From contig JACRCW010000025.1 in NCBI GenBank assembly GCA_016218805.1, positions 1,646 through 65,645 of the forward strand: a stretch of 64,000 bases of DNA. The letters are read 5' to 3'. This DNA comes from Deltaproteobacteria bacterium. GTDB taxonomy: Bacteria > Myxococcota > JACRCW01. The position numbers and the translations under genes were made by a program. The notes below the pieces were generated by a model. It was not told the origin of the DNA. It did not search any database and saw nothing but the letters and a program-made list of their open reading frames with translations. Shown piece by piece: positions 8,978-18,499 of the stretch. Position 1 is the first letter of the stretch. Every line of letters begins with the position of its first letter.

Positions 8978-10324
8978 GTGAAGGTCTGGTCCGTTCCAGC
9001 GGCGGACATCCGCGGGCACAAGGACCGCGCCATGGCGCACCTGGCGCGCGGCCGCCCGGACCGCGCGCTGGGGGAGTACCTGGAGGTGCTGCGCGTCCGC
9101 CCGGATGACCTGGCGGTCCGGCAACGCGTGGGGGAGCTGTACCAGCGGGTGGGCCGCCATGCGGACGCCATCCGCGAATACCAGCACGTGGCCGGCCGCT
9201 ACGCGCATGACGGTCAGCCGCTCAAGGCCATTGCGGTGTGCAAGCTGATCCTGCGGCTGGACGCGGCGCACACCGAGACGCAGCGCGTGCTGGCCGGCCT
9301 GTACGGGAGCCCGCGCACGCCGGCGGGCGCGCTGCGCCTGCCCGCGTCCATGACGGCGGCCCTGCCGGATGCCGCGGCGCCCACGGCGTCCGCACCGACG
9401 GAGGAACTGGCCCTGGTGGTCCCCGCGGAGCCCGCGGACGGTCCCGGCGGTGCGTTTGACATTGACGTGGAGGCGCCGGCAGCGCCGTCCCAGCCGCGGA
9501 CGCTGGATGCCTCCCGCCTGCCCACCATTCCGTTGTTCCGGGACCTGGGGCCGCGGGCGTTTGCCATGTTGAGCGACCGGATCCACATGCGGCCGGTGGT
9601 GGCGGGGGAGGTGGTGGTCCGGGAGGGGGAGACCGGGCAGAGCATGTTTGCGGTGGTGCAGGGGAGCGTGGAGGTGCGGCGGGCGGGCCCGGACGGCGTG
9701 GTGCGCCCGGTGGCCCGCATGGGCGAGGGCGAGTTCTTTGGCGAGATGGCGCTGGTGGCGGACGTGCCGCGGCTGGCGACGGTGGTGGCGGCGGAGGACG
9801 GGCTGCTGTTTGAGTTCACGCGCGAGAAGATCCGCGAGCTGGCGGCGGAGCACCCCACGGTGGCGCGGGTGATTGAGCGCTTCCACCGGCAGCGGCTGCT
9901 GGAGAACCTGCTGCGCTCCTCGGCGCTGTTCCGCCCGCTGTCCGAGGGCGACCGCGAGCGCCTGGTGGCGGGCTTCCGCGTGCGCCGCGTGCCGCCGGGT
10001 ACCACGCTGCTGCGCGAGGGCGAGCCCGGCAACGGTTTCTACGTGGTGCTGCGCGGGCGGTGCCGCGTGACCCACGGCCGGCGCGAGCTCCCCGGCCTGC
10101 GCGAGGGCGACGTGTTTGGCGAGATCTCGCTGCTGGCCGGCGTGCCGGCGACGGCCACCGTGGTGACGGCGGAAGACTGCGTGCTGATGCGGCTGGCGCC
10201 GGCGGCGTTTGCGGACTTGGTGGCGGAGCAGGCGCACGTGCGGGACGCGGTGGCTGCGCTGGCGCGCGAGCGGCTGGCGCGCACGCACCCCGGCGCGGTG
10301 GCGCGCGCGGAGGGACGCGTCTGA
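8978..10324 (+). CDS. TPR repeat protein with two cyclic-nucleotide-binding (cNMP) domains
   Basis: N-terminal TPR-like helices; two CAP-family cNMP domains (GEFFGEMALV...; GDVFGEISLLAG...). Confidence 0.8.
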   Translation: MKVWSVPAADIRGHKDRAMAHLARGRPDRALGEYLEVLRVRPDDLAVRQRVGELYQRVGRHADAIREYQHVAGRYAHDGQPLKAIAVCKLILRLDAAHTETQRVLAGLYGSPRTPAGALRLPASMTAALPDAAAPTASAPTEELALVVPAEPADGPGGAFDIDVEAPAAPSQPRTLDASRLPTIPLFRDLGPRAFAMLSDRIHMRPVVAGEVVVREGETGQSMFAVVQGSVEVRRAGPDGVVRPVARMGEGEFFGEMALVADVPRLATVVAAEDGLLFEFTREKIRELAAEHPTVARVIERFHRQRLLENLLRSSALFRPLSEGDRERLVAGFRVRRVPPGTTLLREGEPGNGFYVVLRGRCRVTHGRRELPGLREGDVFGEISLLAGVPATATVVTAEDCVLMRLAPAAFADLVAEQAHVRDAVAALARERLARTHPGAVARAEGRV

Positions 10325-10333
10325 CCGGCCCCG

Positions 10334-13300
10334 TCAGGCCTTGGGGGGCGGGGGCTTGGGGGCCGCGGCCACGGCGGCCACGCCGCCCTTGAGGCGCTGC
10401 AACTGCTCCAGCGCCTTCTGGTAGTCCTCGGTCAGCTTCTTGCGCTCGTCCTCGCGCTGCTTATAGCGGGCCACCAGCTCATTGTACTTCTTACGCAGCT
10501 CCGCGGCCTCCGCCCCGCCCACGGTCTTCTTGGCCATCTCCTCCTGCAGGCGCTTGTTCTTGGTGGAGGCGTCCTGGAGGGTGGCGGTGATCATCTGGAG
10601 CTCGCCCTCCAGCTCCTCAATGCGCTCGTCGCGGTCCTTGAGGTTCTTCTCCATCTGCACGCTGGCGGTGCCGCCGCCGTGCGCCACCTGCTGCTCCAGT
10701 GCGGTGAGGCGCGTCTGCAGTGCGTTCTTCTCCACCGTGGAGGCGGCGCGCTCCCGGACGCGCGCGGTGCGCTCGCCGTTGGCATCCGTCTCGGCGGTGG
10801 TGGCACGGGCCTCCGCGCGCTCCAGGCGCCGCGTCAACTCCTCCACCTTGCCCTGCAGGCCGCGCTTCTCGTCCTCCAGCGCGCGGGTCACGCCCTGCTT
10901 CTCGCGCTCGCGGGCGGTCTTGTCGCGCGCGGCGGCTTCCTGCAGCTCCGCCAGGGAGCGCTCCTTGACGCGCATCTCCCCGCGCAGCGCGTCCAGCTCC
11001 ACCTTGTGGCGCGCCTCGGCCGCCGCCAGGTCCTGCTGCATCTGCTCGCGCTGCTTCTCCAGCTTCTCCAGGTTCTTGCGCACGGCCAGGCGGTCGCGTT
11101 CGCTCTTGTCGCGCTTGTCCTTCTCCTCGGCCAGTGACTTCTGGATGGTCTCCAGCCGCCCCTCGGAGTCCACGCGGGCGCGCGCCTCGGCGTCGCGCTC
11201 GGCGCGCATGGTCATCAGTTCACCGCCCAGGGACTGCGCCTGGACCTCGTGGCCCTCGGACTGCAGGCGCATGTCCTCCAGCATGCTGCGGGCCTCGGAC
11301 AGCTGCTCGGACAGCTCGGTGATCTTCTGGCGGGCGCGCTCCTCCAGCTTGGCGCGCGCCGCGTCCAGCTCGCCCTTCTCCATCCCAAACTGCTCGCGCA
11401 GGCTCTCCAGTTCATGCTCCACCTGGCCGCCGCGCGCCTGGGAGGCGGACAGCTCCGCGGTGAGGCGGGTCTCATTGTCCGTCTTGCGGCGCAGCTGGGC
11501 CTGCTGGTCAGCCACCTGGCCCTTGAGCTGGTCGCGCTCGGCGGTGGTCTCGTCCAGGGAACCGCGCGTCTGGCGCAGGGCGCGCTCGGTCTCGCCCAGC
11601 TTGGCGCGGGTGGCGCTGAGGTCCTTCTCCGCCTGGCGCAGGTGGTCGGTGGTGGTGGACAGCTCCGTCTCCAGGGACAGGATCCGGGACTGCTGCTCGC
11701 TGTCACGCCGGTCCGCCTGGGCCTTCTGTTCGGCGGCGGCCTTGCGCTCCTTGGCCAGCGTGCCTTCCAGCTTCTCGCGCGTCTGCTGGTGGCCGCGCTG
11801 CTCCTCGGCCAGGGTGGCTTCCACGCTGCCCAGCCGCTCGGAGAGGTTGTCGCGCTCGGCGCGGGAGGCATCCAGCGCGGCGGTGAGGCGCGCCACGTCG
11901 GACTCCAGCGTCTGGATGCGCAGGTCGCGCTCCCGCAGCGTGGTCTCCAGACCCAGGATCTGTTCGCGCAGCTGGCGTTCGGTCTCGGAGCGTTCGGTGG
12001 CATCGCGCTCGGCCTGGTCGCGCGTCTCGGCCAGGCGCTGCTCCAGGTTCTGGATGCGTTCACGCGCGCGCTCCACGTCCGTCTCCAGGCCCTGGATGCG
12101 CGCGGCGCGGGCCTGCAGCTCACCGTTCTGCTCCTCAATATGCGCGTTGCGCTCGGCCAGCAGGCGTTCCAGGTCGGTGACCTTGCCCTGCTCCTCCAGC
12201 AGCTGTGCCTCCAGCTCGGAGCCACGGCTTTCCAACCGGGCAATCTGGTCGGCGCGGGCGGCCAGCTCGGCCAGGTGCGCGTCGCGCTCGTTCTCCAGCT
12301 CGGTGCGCTCGCGGGTGAGCCCGGCCACCTTCTCCTGCAGGTCCTTCTTGTCGCGCGCGGCGGCCTTGTCCCCGTCCTCCTTGACGCGCGTGAGGTCCGC
12401 CAGTGCGGTCTGGACCTTGATGCGTTCCTCGGTCTCGCTCGTGAGCAGGGCCTGGACGCCTTCGCGCGTGCCAATCTCCTCGTCCAGCTGGGTGCGCAGC
12501 CCCTCCTTCTCCTTCTGCAGCTGCAACTCGCGGCCGTGCGCCTCCTCGGCCGCCTGGTCGGCGGACTTGCGGGCCTGGTCAATCCGCTGCTCCAGCGTGC
12601 GGATGTCGGCCACGCGTTCGGCCGCCACGGCCTCCATCTCCTCCTGCTCACGCGCTTTCTGCGCCTCCAGGTCGCGGTACCGCTCCTCGGCGGCCTGCCG
12701 GTCGCGCTCGGCGGCGTCACGCAGGTTCTCACCGTCCTGCAGCAGCGCGTCGCGTTCGCGCTCCATGCGTTGGACGCGCTCCTCCAGGATGGCGCCCTCG
12801 GCGGTGGCGGAGGCCAGCCGTTCGTCCAGCGCGGACAGGCGGACCTGGGTGTCCCGCAGCTCGTCCCGGACGGTGTCCAGGTCACGCGTGCGGGCATCCA
12901 GCGCCTCCTCCATCGCCTGGACCTCGCGCTCGCGCGCGGCCCACAGCTCGCGGGCGCGGCCCAGCTCGGCCTCGCGGCGGCGCAGGCTCTCGCGCAGGAA
13001 CTGCTGGCGGGCCTCAGGGCCGGCGTTGGGCGGCAGGGAACCGGTTCCCTCGTCCGGGCGGCCCTGGCGCAGCAGTTCATCCAGGGACCCGCCGCGGGCG
13101 GAGCGGCCCAGCCGGCTGCCGGCGCGCGGAATGGGCGGCGGGCCGCCCGCGGAAGGCGGCGGCGTCTGGGGCGGCCGGGAGAGGGGCGGGAGGGAATCCA
13201 CGCTGCCGGAGGACACCGGCGCCGCGTTTCCAAACGCCTGGTCCAGGCTGGCGTCCAGGCCCGCCTCGCTGGCATCCGCGCTCCCGTCCTGGCCGCGCTC

Positions 13301-13741
13301 CTGCACGGCCAGCACGTCGTCATCACCGCCGGACCGCGGGGGGGCCGGCGCGCCGTTGCCGCCCTGGAACGCACCGGGCGCCAGTTGCTGCATGCGCGCC
13401 AGCAGGTCCGCCAGCTCCACGGGCTTGTGCAGGTAGGCGTCCGCGCGCGTGGCCAGCTTCTGGTGCTGGGCAAACGCCTCAGGGGTGGCCTGGCCGGAGG
13501 TGAGGATCAGCGGAATGCCCTGCATCTCCGCGTTGCGGCGCAGCCGGTTGCACAGCGAAAACCCGCTCCCCCGCGCCAGCTCCACGTTGACCAGCACCAG
13601 GTCGGGCCGCTCGTTCTTGATGAGCTCCACGGCGGCATCCCCGTCACCAATGGTGAGGGCCCGCAGCCCGTGGGGCTGCACCAGGTGGTTGACCGATTCG
13701 GCAAAGGACGCATCCGCGTCGACGATCACCAGTTTTGCCAT
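10334..13741 (-). CDS. AglZ/FrzS-like protein: N-terminal pseudo-receiver domain plus ~1000-aa coiled coil
   Basis: Start MAKLVIVDAD at 13741 (CAT at 13739-41 checked); receiver fold lacks phospho-Asp (PDLVLVNVEL instead of LD); remainder is heptad-rich E/R/A/L coiled coil; Pro-rich C-terminus. Confidence 0.75.
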   Translation of the reverse strand: MAKLVIVDADASFAESVNHLVQPHGLRALTIGDGDAAVELIKNERPDLVLVNVELARGSGFSLCNRLRRNAEMQGIPLILTSGQATPEAFAQHQKLATRADAYLHKPVELADLLARMQQLAPGAFQGGNGAPAPPRSGGDDDVLAVQERGQDGSADASEAGLDASLDQAFGNAAPVSSGSVDSLPPLSRPPQTPPPSAGGPPPIPRAGSRLGRSARGGSLDELLRQGRPDEGTGSLPPNAGPEARQQFLRESLRRREAELGRARELWAAREREVQAMEEALDARTRDLDTVRDELRDTQVRLSALDERLASATAEGAILEERVQRMERERDALLQDGENLRDAAERDRQAAEERYRDLEAQKAREQEEMEAVAAERVADIRTLEQRIDQARKSADQAAEEAHGRELQLQKEKEGLRTQLDEEIGTREGVQALLTSETEERIKVQTALADLTRVKEDGDKAAARDKKDLQEKVAGLTRERTELENERDAHLAELAARADQIARLESRGSELEAQLLEEQGKVTDLERLLAERNAHIEEQNGELQARAARIQGLETDVERARERIQNLEQRLAETRDQAERDATERSETERQLREQILGLETTLRERDLRIQTLESDVARLTAALDASRAERDNLSERLGSVEATLAEEQRGHQQTREKLEGTLAKERKAAAEQKAQADRRDSEQQSRILSLETELSTTTDHLRQAEKDLSATRAKLGETERALRQTRGSLDETTAERDQLKGQVADQQAQLRRKTDNETRLTAELSASQARGGQVEHELESLREQFGMEKGELDAARAKLEERARQKITELSEQLSEARSMLEDMRLQSEGHEVQAQSLGGELMTMRAERDAEARARVDSEGRLETIQKSLAEEKDKRDKSERDRLAVRKNLEKLEKQREQMQQDLAAAEARHKVELDALRGEMRVKERSLAELQEAAARDKTAREREKQGVTRALEDEKRGLQGKVEELTRRLERAEARATTAETDANGERTARVRERAASTVEKNALQTRLTALEQQVAHGGGTASVQMEKNLKDRDERIEELEGELQMITATLQDASTKNKRLQEEMAKKTVGGAEAAELRKKYNELVARYKQREDERKKLTEDYQKALEQLQRLKGGVAAVAAAPKPPPPKA

Positions 13742-13787
13742 GGGGCCCTGCTCCCGGGATGGGAAGGATGGGGAATTGCGGCGCGCG

Positions 13788-15917
13788 TCAGGGGCAGTTC
13801 TGCAGCTCCGGCCCCTGCAGGATCTGCTTGATGCGGTCCACCATGGGGCTGCCGGGGTTGAGCTCCACGTATTTCTTGTAGTGCGTCTTGGCCTCGCAGT
13901 ACTTGGCCTGCCGCGCGTAGGCCACGCCCAGCAGCTTGTGGGCATCCGTCAGGGACGGGTCCAGTTTGAGGGCCGTCTTCCCCTTCTGCACCGCATCATC
14001 AAAGTTGCCCAGCAGGATGGCGCGGTTGCCGTCCTCCAGCAGCTTCTTGGCCTCGGCGGCCTTGCCGCCGCCGGCGGGCTGGGCATTGTCGGCGGGCGTG
14101 GGGGACGGGCGCGGCGTGGGCTGCGGGGTGGGCCGGGCGGGCTGGGCGGAGGACCGGGCCTTGAGCCGGAGCGCCTTGTCCAGGAGTTTCTGCGCGTCCT
14201 TGTTGCCTTTGTCCAGGTCCAGCACGTCCTCGGAGTAGGTCTTGGCGCTCTGCCAGTCGCCCTGCTGCAGCGCGGCCTCGCCGTCCTTGAGCCACTTCTT
14301 GATGATCTGCGCGCGGGTATTGCGCGCCTCCACCAGCGCGCGGTCACGGGCGCGGGTGCCCTCAATGACCTCCAGCAGCTGGCGGTAGCACCGCACGGGG
14401 TCCGTCCCGCACAGGCCCATGGCGTCCTCCAGCTGGCGCTGCGCGCGGATCTCGCGGTCCACCTGCTCCAGGCACTCGCGCGCCTTGGGCACCAGGTCCT
14501 GCACGCGTTCGCAGATCTCCTTGGCTTCCACAAAGTTGCCCTTCCGGAGCGCGTCCAGTGCTGCCTTGTGCTGGCGCTGCGCCTCCGCCACCGGGTCCTC
14601 CCTGACCGGTGCCGGCATGGGCGTGGGAGCGGGCGTGGGGGCCGGGTCCCGCGGCGGGTTGCGCGGGGGCTTGCGGTCATCCGGCGGCTTGTGGTCCTCC
14701 GGGGGCGCCGCGGAGGCGGGCGCCGGCGGGGTGACGGCGCCGCCGGAGGAGGTTGCGGGCTTGGGGTCCTTGCCGCCGGGCCCGCCGGAAAACGCAAAAC
14801 CGATGACGATGAGCAGCACCACCACCCCGGCGCCGGCGCCGGCGACGATCTTGACGGGGAAGCCGCCGGCCTTCACGCGGCTGGTCATCACCGTCGTGGA
14901 GCCGCCGCCCATGCCGCCATCCGCGTCGGTGTCCTCGCGCTTGAGGCGCTCTATTTCTGAGGCGGACAGCTGGAAGCCCTCGCCGGGCTCCACAAAGCGC
15001 AGCTTGACGTGTCCCAGCTCAATGATGTCGCCCTTGCGCAGGTCAATCCGCTTGTACTCCTCCCCGTTGACCAGCACGCCGTTGGCGGAGTTGAGGTCCA
15101 CCACCGTGTAGCGGGCGCCGTCCCGGACAATCTTGGCGTGGTTGCGGCTGACGCTGCGGTGGTCCAACACCACGTCATTGTCATCCGTGCGGCCAATGAC
15201 GTTCTCCGGCTTGGTGAGGGCGTAGCTGTTGCCGGCCAGGCCGGTGGACACGGCCACCACGCGCGCGGAGGCCTCCTCGGCGGATGCCGTCAGGTCCGAC
15301 GTACGGACGATGGCGGTGGGCTCGGAACGGCGGGTGGGCTCCGGGTCCGGCGTGGGTTCGCCGGCCGCGGGCAGCGGCATGCGCGCGGTGGCCTCCGGAG
15401 GCGCGGAGGCGTGCAGCGCCGCGGCGGGCGCCGGCATTTCCCGCTCCGTGCGGGTCTGGTCCGGGTCCAGCCCGCCGGGGGGCGGCGCCACCATCTGGCT
15501 GGTGACCTCGTCAGGCGCGGCCCCGGGCAGCGTCCCTTCAGCCAGCGCCGTGGCCATGGACACCCGCTGCGTGGACTCCTCCGGGTGGCCACCCGCCCCA
15601 GCCAGCCCCGGCGAATCCGTCCCCTCCTGCTGGATGACCAGGTGGTAGTCGCCGATCTCGATGAGATCGCCTTCGTTGATGGAGACGCGGGTGTTGACCT
15701 GGATGCGGTCACCATTGACGCGGATGCCGTTGTAGCTGTCCAGGTCCTCAATGAAGACGTCCGCGCTGGCCTTGGAGATGCGCGCGTGGTGGCGGCTGAC
15801 GTTCCGCTCCGTCAGACGGATGTTGTTGCCTTCCTTGCGGCCAATGGTGATTTCGTCTCGCATGATCGGGACGACGGTGGTCTTCCCCTCGTCATCCTCG
15901 ATGATGAGCTTGTACAT
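13788..15917 (-). CDS. tandem FHA-domain protein with TM segment, Pro-rich linker and C-terminal TPR
   Basis: Two FHA cores (GR..GNNIRL..VSRHHARI; IGRTDDNDVVL..VSRNHAKI..SANGVLVNG); hydrophobic AGAGAGVVVLLIVIGFAF; PxxP-rich region; TPR C-terminus. Confidence 0.8.
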   Translation of the reverse strand: MYKLIIEDDEGKTTVVPIMRDEITIGRKEGNNIRLTERNVSRHHARISKASADVFIEDLDSYNGIRVNGDRIQVNTRVSINEGDLIEIGDYHLVIQQEGTDSPGLAGAGGHPEESTQRVSMATALAEGTLPGAAPDEVTSQMVAPPPGGLDPDQTRTEREMPAPAAALHASAPPEATARMPLPAAGEPTPDPEPTRRSEPTAIVRTSDLTASAEEASARVVAVSTGLAGNSYALTKPENVIGRTDDNDVVLDHRSVSRNHAKIVRDGARYTVVDLNSANGVLVNGEEYKRIDLRKGDIIELGHVKLRFVEPGEGFQLSASEIERLKREDTDADGGMGGGSTTVMTSRVKAGGFPVKIVAGAGAGVVVLLIVIGFAFSGGPGGKDPKPATSSGGAVTPPAPASAAPPEDHKPPDDRKPPRNPPRDPAPTPAPTPMPAPVREDPVAEAQRQHKAALDALRKGNFVEAKEICERVQDLVPKARECLEQVDREIRAQRQLEDAMGLCGTDPVRCYRQLLEVIEGTRARDRALVEARNTRAQIIKKWLKDGEAALQQGDWQSAKTYSEDVLDLDKGNKDAQKLLDKALRLKARSSAQPARPTPQPTPRPSPTPADNAQPAGGGKAAEAKKLLEDGNRAILLGNFDDAVQKGKTALKLDPSLTDAHKLLGVAYARQAKYCEAKTHYKKYVELNPGSPMVDRIKQILQGPELQNCP

Positions 15918-16010
15918 GGCGCGAGAACGCTCCGCTGGGACCGAGAACGATTTGGGTAACACAAAGTCGTGAGCGGCCTCAAGGTGGACGCCGTGCTCAG
16001 CGCGCCTCCA

Positions 16011-17366
16011 TCAGGGGCCACCGGAGGCGGAGGTGGGACGGCGCGCGGCGGCGAAGATCCTCCAGGCCTTGAGCGCATCCAGGGCGGCGCGGACCTGCGG
16101 GTCCTTGGGGCCGGCGGCCTGGTCCCCGGGCTTGGCCTGCGGGTCCGTGGTGTTGCGCAGGTGGCGCTTGAGGTCCTTCTCCCGGAAGGTGCCGTCGGCG
16201 GCGGGAGCGGGGGCGGGGGCGGCTGGGGGCGCGTCACCCTCAGGGAGCGCGGGGTCCAGGCGGACGTCCGGGACAATGCCGCGCTCCTGGATGGAGCGGC
16301 CCTTGGGGGTGAAGTAGCGGGCAATGGTGAGCTTCAGGCCGCTGCCGTCCTCCAGCTCCATGATGGACTGCACGCTGCCCTTGCCAAACGTGGGCACCCC
16401 CATCACCACAGCGCGCCCGTGGTCCTGCAGTGCGCCGGCGACGATCTCAGAGGCGGACGCGGTCCCCTCGTTGACCAGCACCACGATGGGATAGTCCGGC
16501 TGCGTGTCCTTGGGATGGGCCGTGTGGCGGGCCAGCACCTTGCGGCCACGCCCCTCCGTGGTGACGATGACGCCGTCCCACAGGAACTCGTCGGCCACGG
16601 CCACCGCCTCGTCCAGCAGACCGCCGGGGTCATTGCGCAGGTCCAGCACCAGGCCGGCCAGCCCGCGGTCCCGGGGCCCGGCGGGCGCGGCGCACGACCC
16701 GCCCAGTTGGAACAGCGACTGGTGGAGTTCCCTGGCCACGCGCTCCTGGAAGCTCTTGATGCGCACGTGGGCGAACCCGGGCTCCAGGCAGTGGCCCTCC
16801 ACGGCCACCAGCTTCACCTTCTCGCGCACCAGCGCCACGTCGCGGGGCTCGCCCCAGGAGGCGCGGCGGATCTTGAGCACCACCTTGGTGCCCGCCAGGC
16901 CGCGCAGCACGCGCCAGGCATCCTGCAGGTGGCCGGACAGGGCCTGCCCGTCCACGGCGAGGATCTGGTCACCCGCCAGCAGACCCGCGCGCGCGCCCGG
17001 CGCCCCTTCCATGGGCGCAACAATGACAATGACGCCGTCCTTCTCTTCAATCTCCAGGCCCAGCCCGCCGAACTCGCCCGCGGTGTCTTCCTGCAGCTTC
17101 TTGTATTCCTCCGCGGGCATGAAGACGGAATGCGGGTCCAGGGTCTCCATCATGCCGCGCACCGCGCCGTACACCAGCTGGTCCTCAGGCACCGGCTCCA
17201 CGTAGCTCTGCTGAATGTGGGTCATCACCTGCGTGAAGATGCGGAGCTTCCGGTAGGTGGCATCCGGGTCCCTGGCGGCCACCTGCGCCCCGGCGGCCAA
17301 CACCGCTCCGCACACCAATGCCCCACCCACCCACCGCCAGCTCCGCCGGTCCCTGCGTGTCACCAT
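16011..17366 (-). CDS. ctp: carboxyl-terminal processing protease (S41 peptidase with PDZ domain)
   Basis: GLGLEIEEKDGVIVIV..GDQILAVDG (PDZ), LVLDLRNDPGG and TASASEIVAGALQD (S41 catalytic region), signal peptide. Confidence 0.85.
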   Translation of the reverse strand: MVTRRDRRSWRWVGGALVCGAVLAAGAQVAARDPDATYRKLRIFTQVMTHIQQSYVEPVPEDQLVYGAVRGMMETLDPHSVFMPAEEYKKLQEDTAGEFGGLGLEIEEKDGVIVIVAPMEGAPGARAGLLAGDQILAVDGQALSGHLQDAWRVLRGLAGTKVVLKIRRASWGEPRDVALVREKVKLVAVEGHCLEPGFAHVRIKSFQERVARELHQSLFQLGGSCAAPAGPRDRGLAGLVLDLRNDPGGLLDEAVAVADEFLWDGVIVTTEGRGRKVLARHTAHPKDTQPDYPIVVLVNEGTASASEIVAGALQDHGRAVVMGVPTFGKGSVQSIMELEDGSGLKLTIARYFTPKGRSIQERGIVPDVRLDPALPEGDAPPAAPAPAPAADGTFREKDLKRHLRNTTDPQAKPGDQAAGPKDPQVRAALDALKAWRIFAAARRPTSASGGP

Positions 17367-17377
17367 GGCCGCCTAGC

Positions 17378-18499
17378 CTAGCCGCGCTCCCCGCCGGCCC
17401 CCAACAACGCGTCCAGGCATCCGGCTGCGCCCGGGGACAGCCAGCGCACGCGCACCTGCAGCGCCACCACCGGGGGCTCCCGCGCGTCCAGCGGCCAGCC
17501 GGCCGCGTCCTTCTCCGTCACCACGGCGGCCTCCGCGCCCACCGCGCGCACCCGGGCCTCCAGCTGAGCGACATCGCCGGCGGTCCAACCGGCATGGTCC
17601 GGGCGGGCCCAGGTGGCGGCGATCACTGCCCCCAGCGCGCCCACCGTCCGGGCCACCGCATCCGGGCGCGCCACGGCCGCAGCCACCAGCACGCGCCGCC
17701 CGCGCAACCAGGCGGGGTCCCCGGGGGTCTCCGGGCCGGACAGGCGCACCAGCCGCGCCGGCACCAGCGCCGCCCGCAGCACCCGCGCGGGGCGGACGCC
17801 GTCGGGAACCGGTTGATCGGTGGCTGCGGACGCGTCACCCAGCAGCACCACGGCGTCCACGTCCGCCAGGACGCTGGCGGGGTCCCGCAGCGGGCCGGCG
17901 GGCAGCAGCCGCCCGTTGCCAAACGGCCCGGGCACGCGCAGCACGGCCACGCGCGCGTCCTGGTGCACGCGGTGGTGCTGGAGCGCGTCATCCAGCAGGA
18001 CCACCGCAGCGCCGGCTTCCCGCGCCGCGCGGTCCGCCAGCATGGCCCGGTCCCGTCCCGCGTAGACGCTGACGCCGGGCAGCGCGCGCGCCAGCTGCGC
18101 GGGTTCGTCCCCCGCGTGCGCCGCGTCCAGAAGCACCGACTGGCTGTTGGATACACGGGCGCCGCCGGGCGGGAGGGCCACCCCGTAGCCGCGGGACACC
18201 ACCGCCACGGCCAACCCGCGCGCGCGCGCGTGTTCCGCCAGCGCCAGCACCACCGGCGTCTTCCCCGCCCCACCGGTCACCACGTTGCCCACGCCCACCA
18301 CCCGCGCCGGGCAGCGGTGCGCGTGCAGCAAGCCGGCGCCGTACGCCCCGCGGTGCACCGTCCGGGCAATCCACCAGGCCGCGGACAGCGGCGCCAGCGC
18401 GGCGCGCGCCACCCGCAGTGACGGTGAAGGCGCGTCGTCGTACCACAGGCGCAGCGGCGTGACCGGCGGCATGCGCGTCAGTAGGGGTCCGGGCCGCAC
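17378..18499 (-). CDS. lpxK: tetraacyldisaccharide 4'-kinase
   Basis: VGNVVTGGAGKTP P-loop at LpxK position, VVSRGYG; alternative start at M10 (18472) would remove 22-nt overlap with upstream gene. Confidence 0.85.
   Translation of the reverse strand: MRPGPLLTRMPPVTPLRLWYDDAPSPSLRVARAALAPLSAAWWIARTVHRGAYGAGLLHAHRCPARVVGVGNVVTGGAGKTPVVLALAEHARARGLAVAVVSRGYGVALPPGGARVSNSQSVLLDAAHAGDEPAQLARALPGVSVYAGRDRAMLADRAAREAGAAVVLLDDALQHHRVHQDARVAVLRVPGPFGNGRLLPAGPLRDPASVLADVDAVVLLGDASAATDQPVPDGVRPARVLRAALVPARLVRLSGPETPGDPAWLRGRRVLVAAAVARPDAVARTVGALGAVIAATWARPDHAGWTAGDVAQLEARVRAVGAEAAVVTEKDAAGWPLDAREPPVVALQVRVRWLSPGAAGCLDALLGAGGERG

Noticed and set aside
10482-13436. 984-aa plus-strand ORF (and the 752-aa minus-frame ORF 11215-13473)
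   Set aside because: Overlaps the AglZ/FrzS-like coiled-coil gene; Ser/Arg/Ala low-complexity translation typical of an alternate frame of GC-rich coiled-coil coding DNA.
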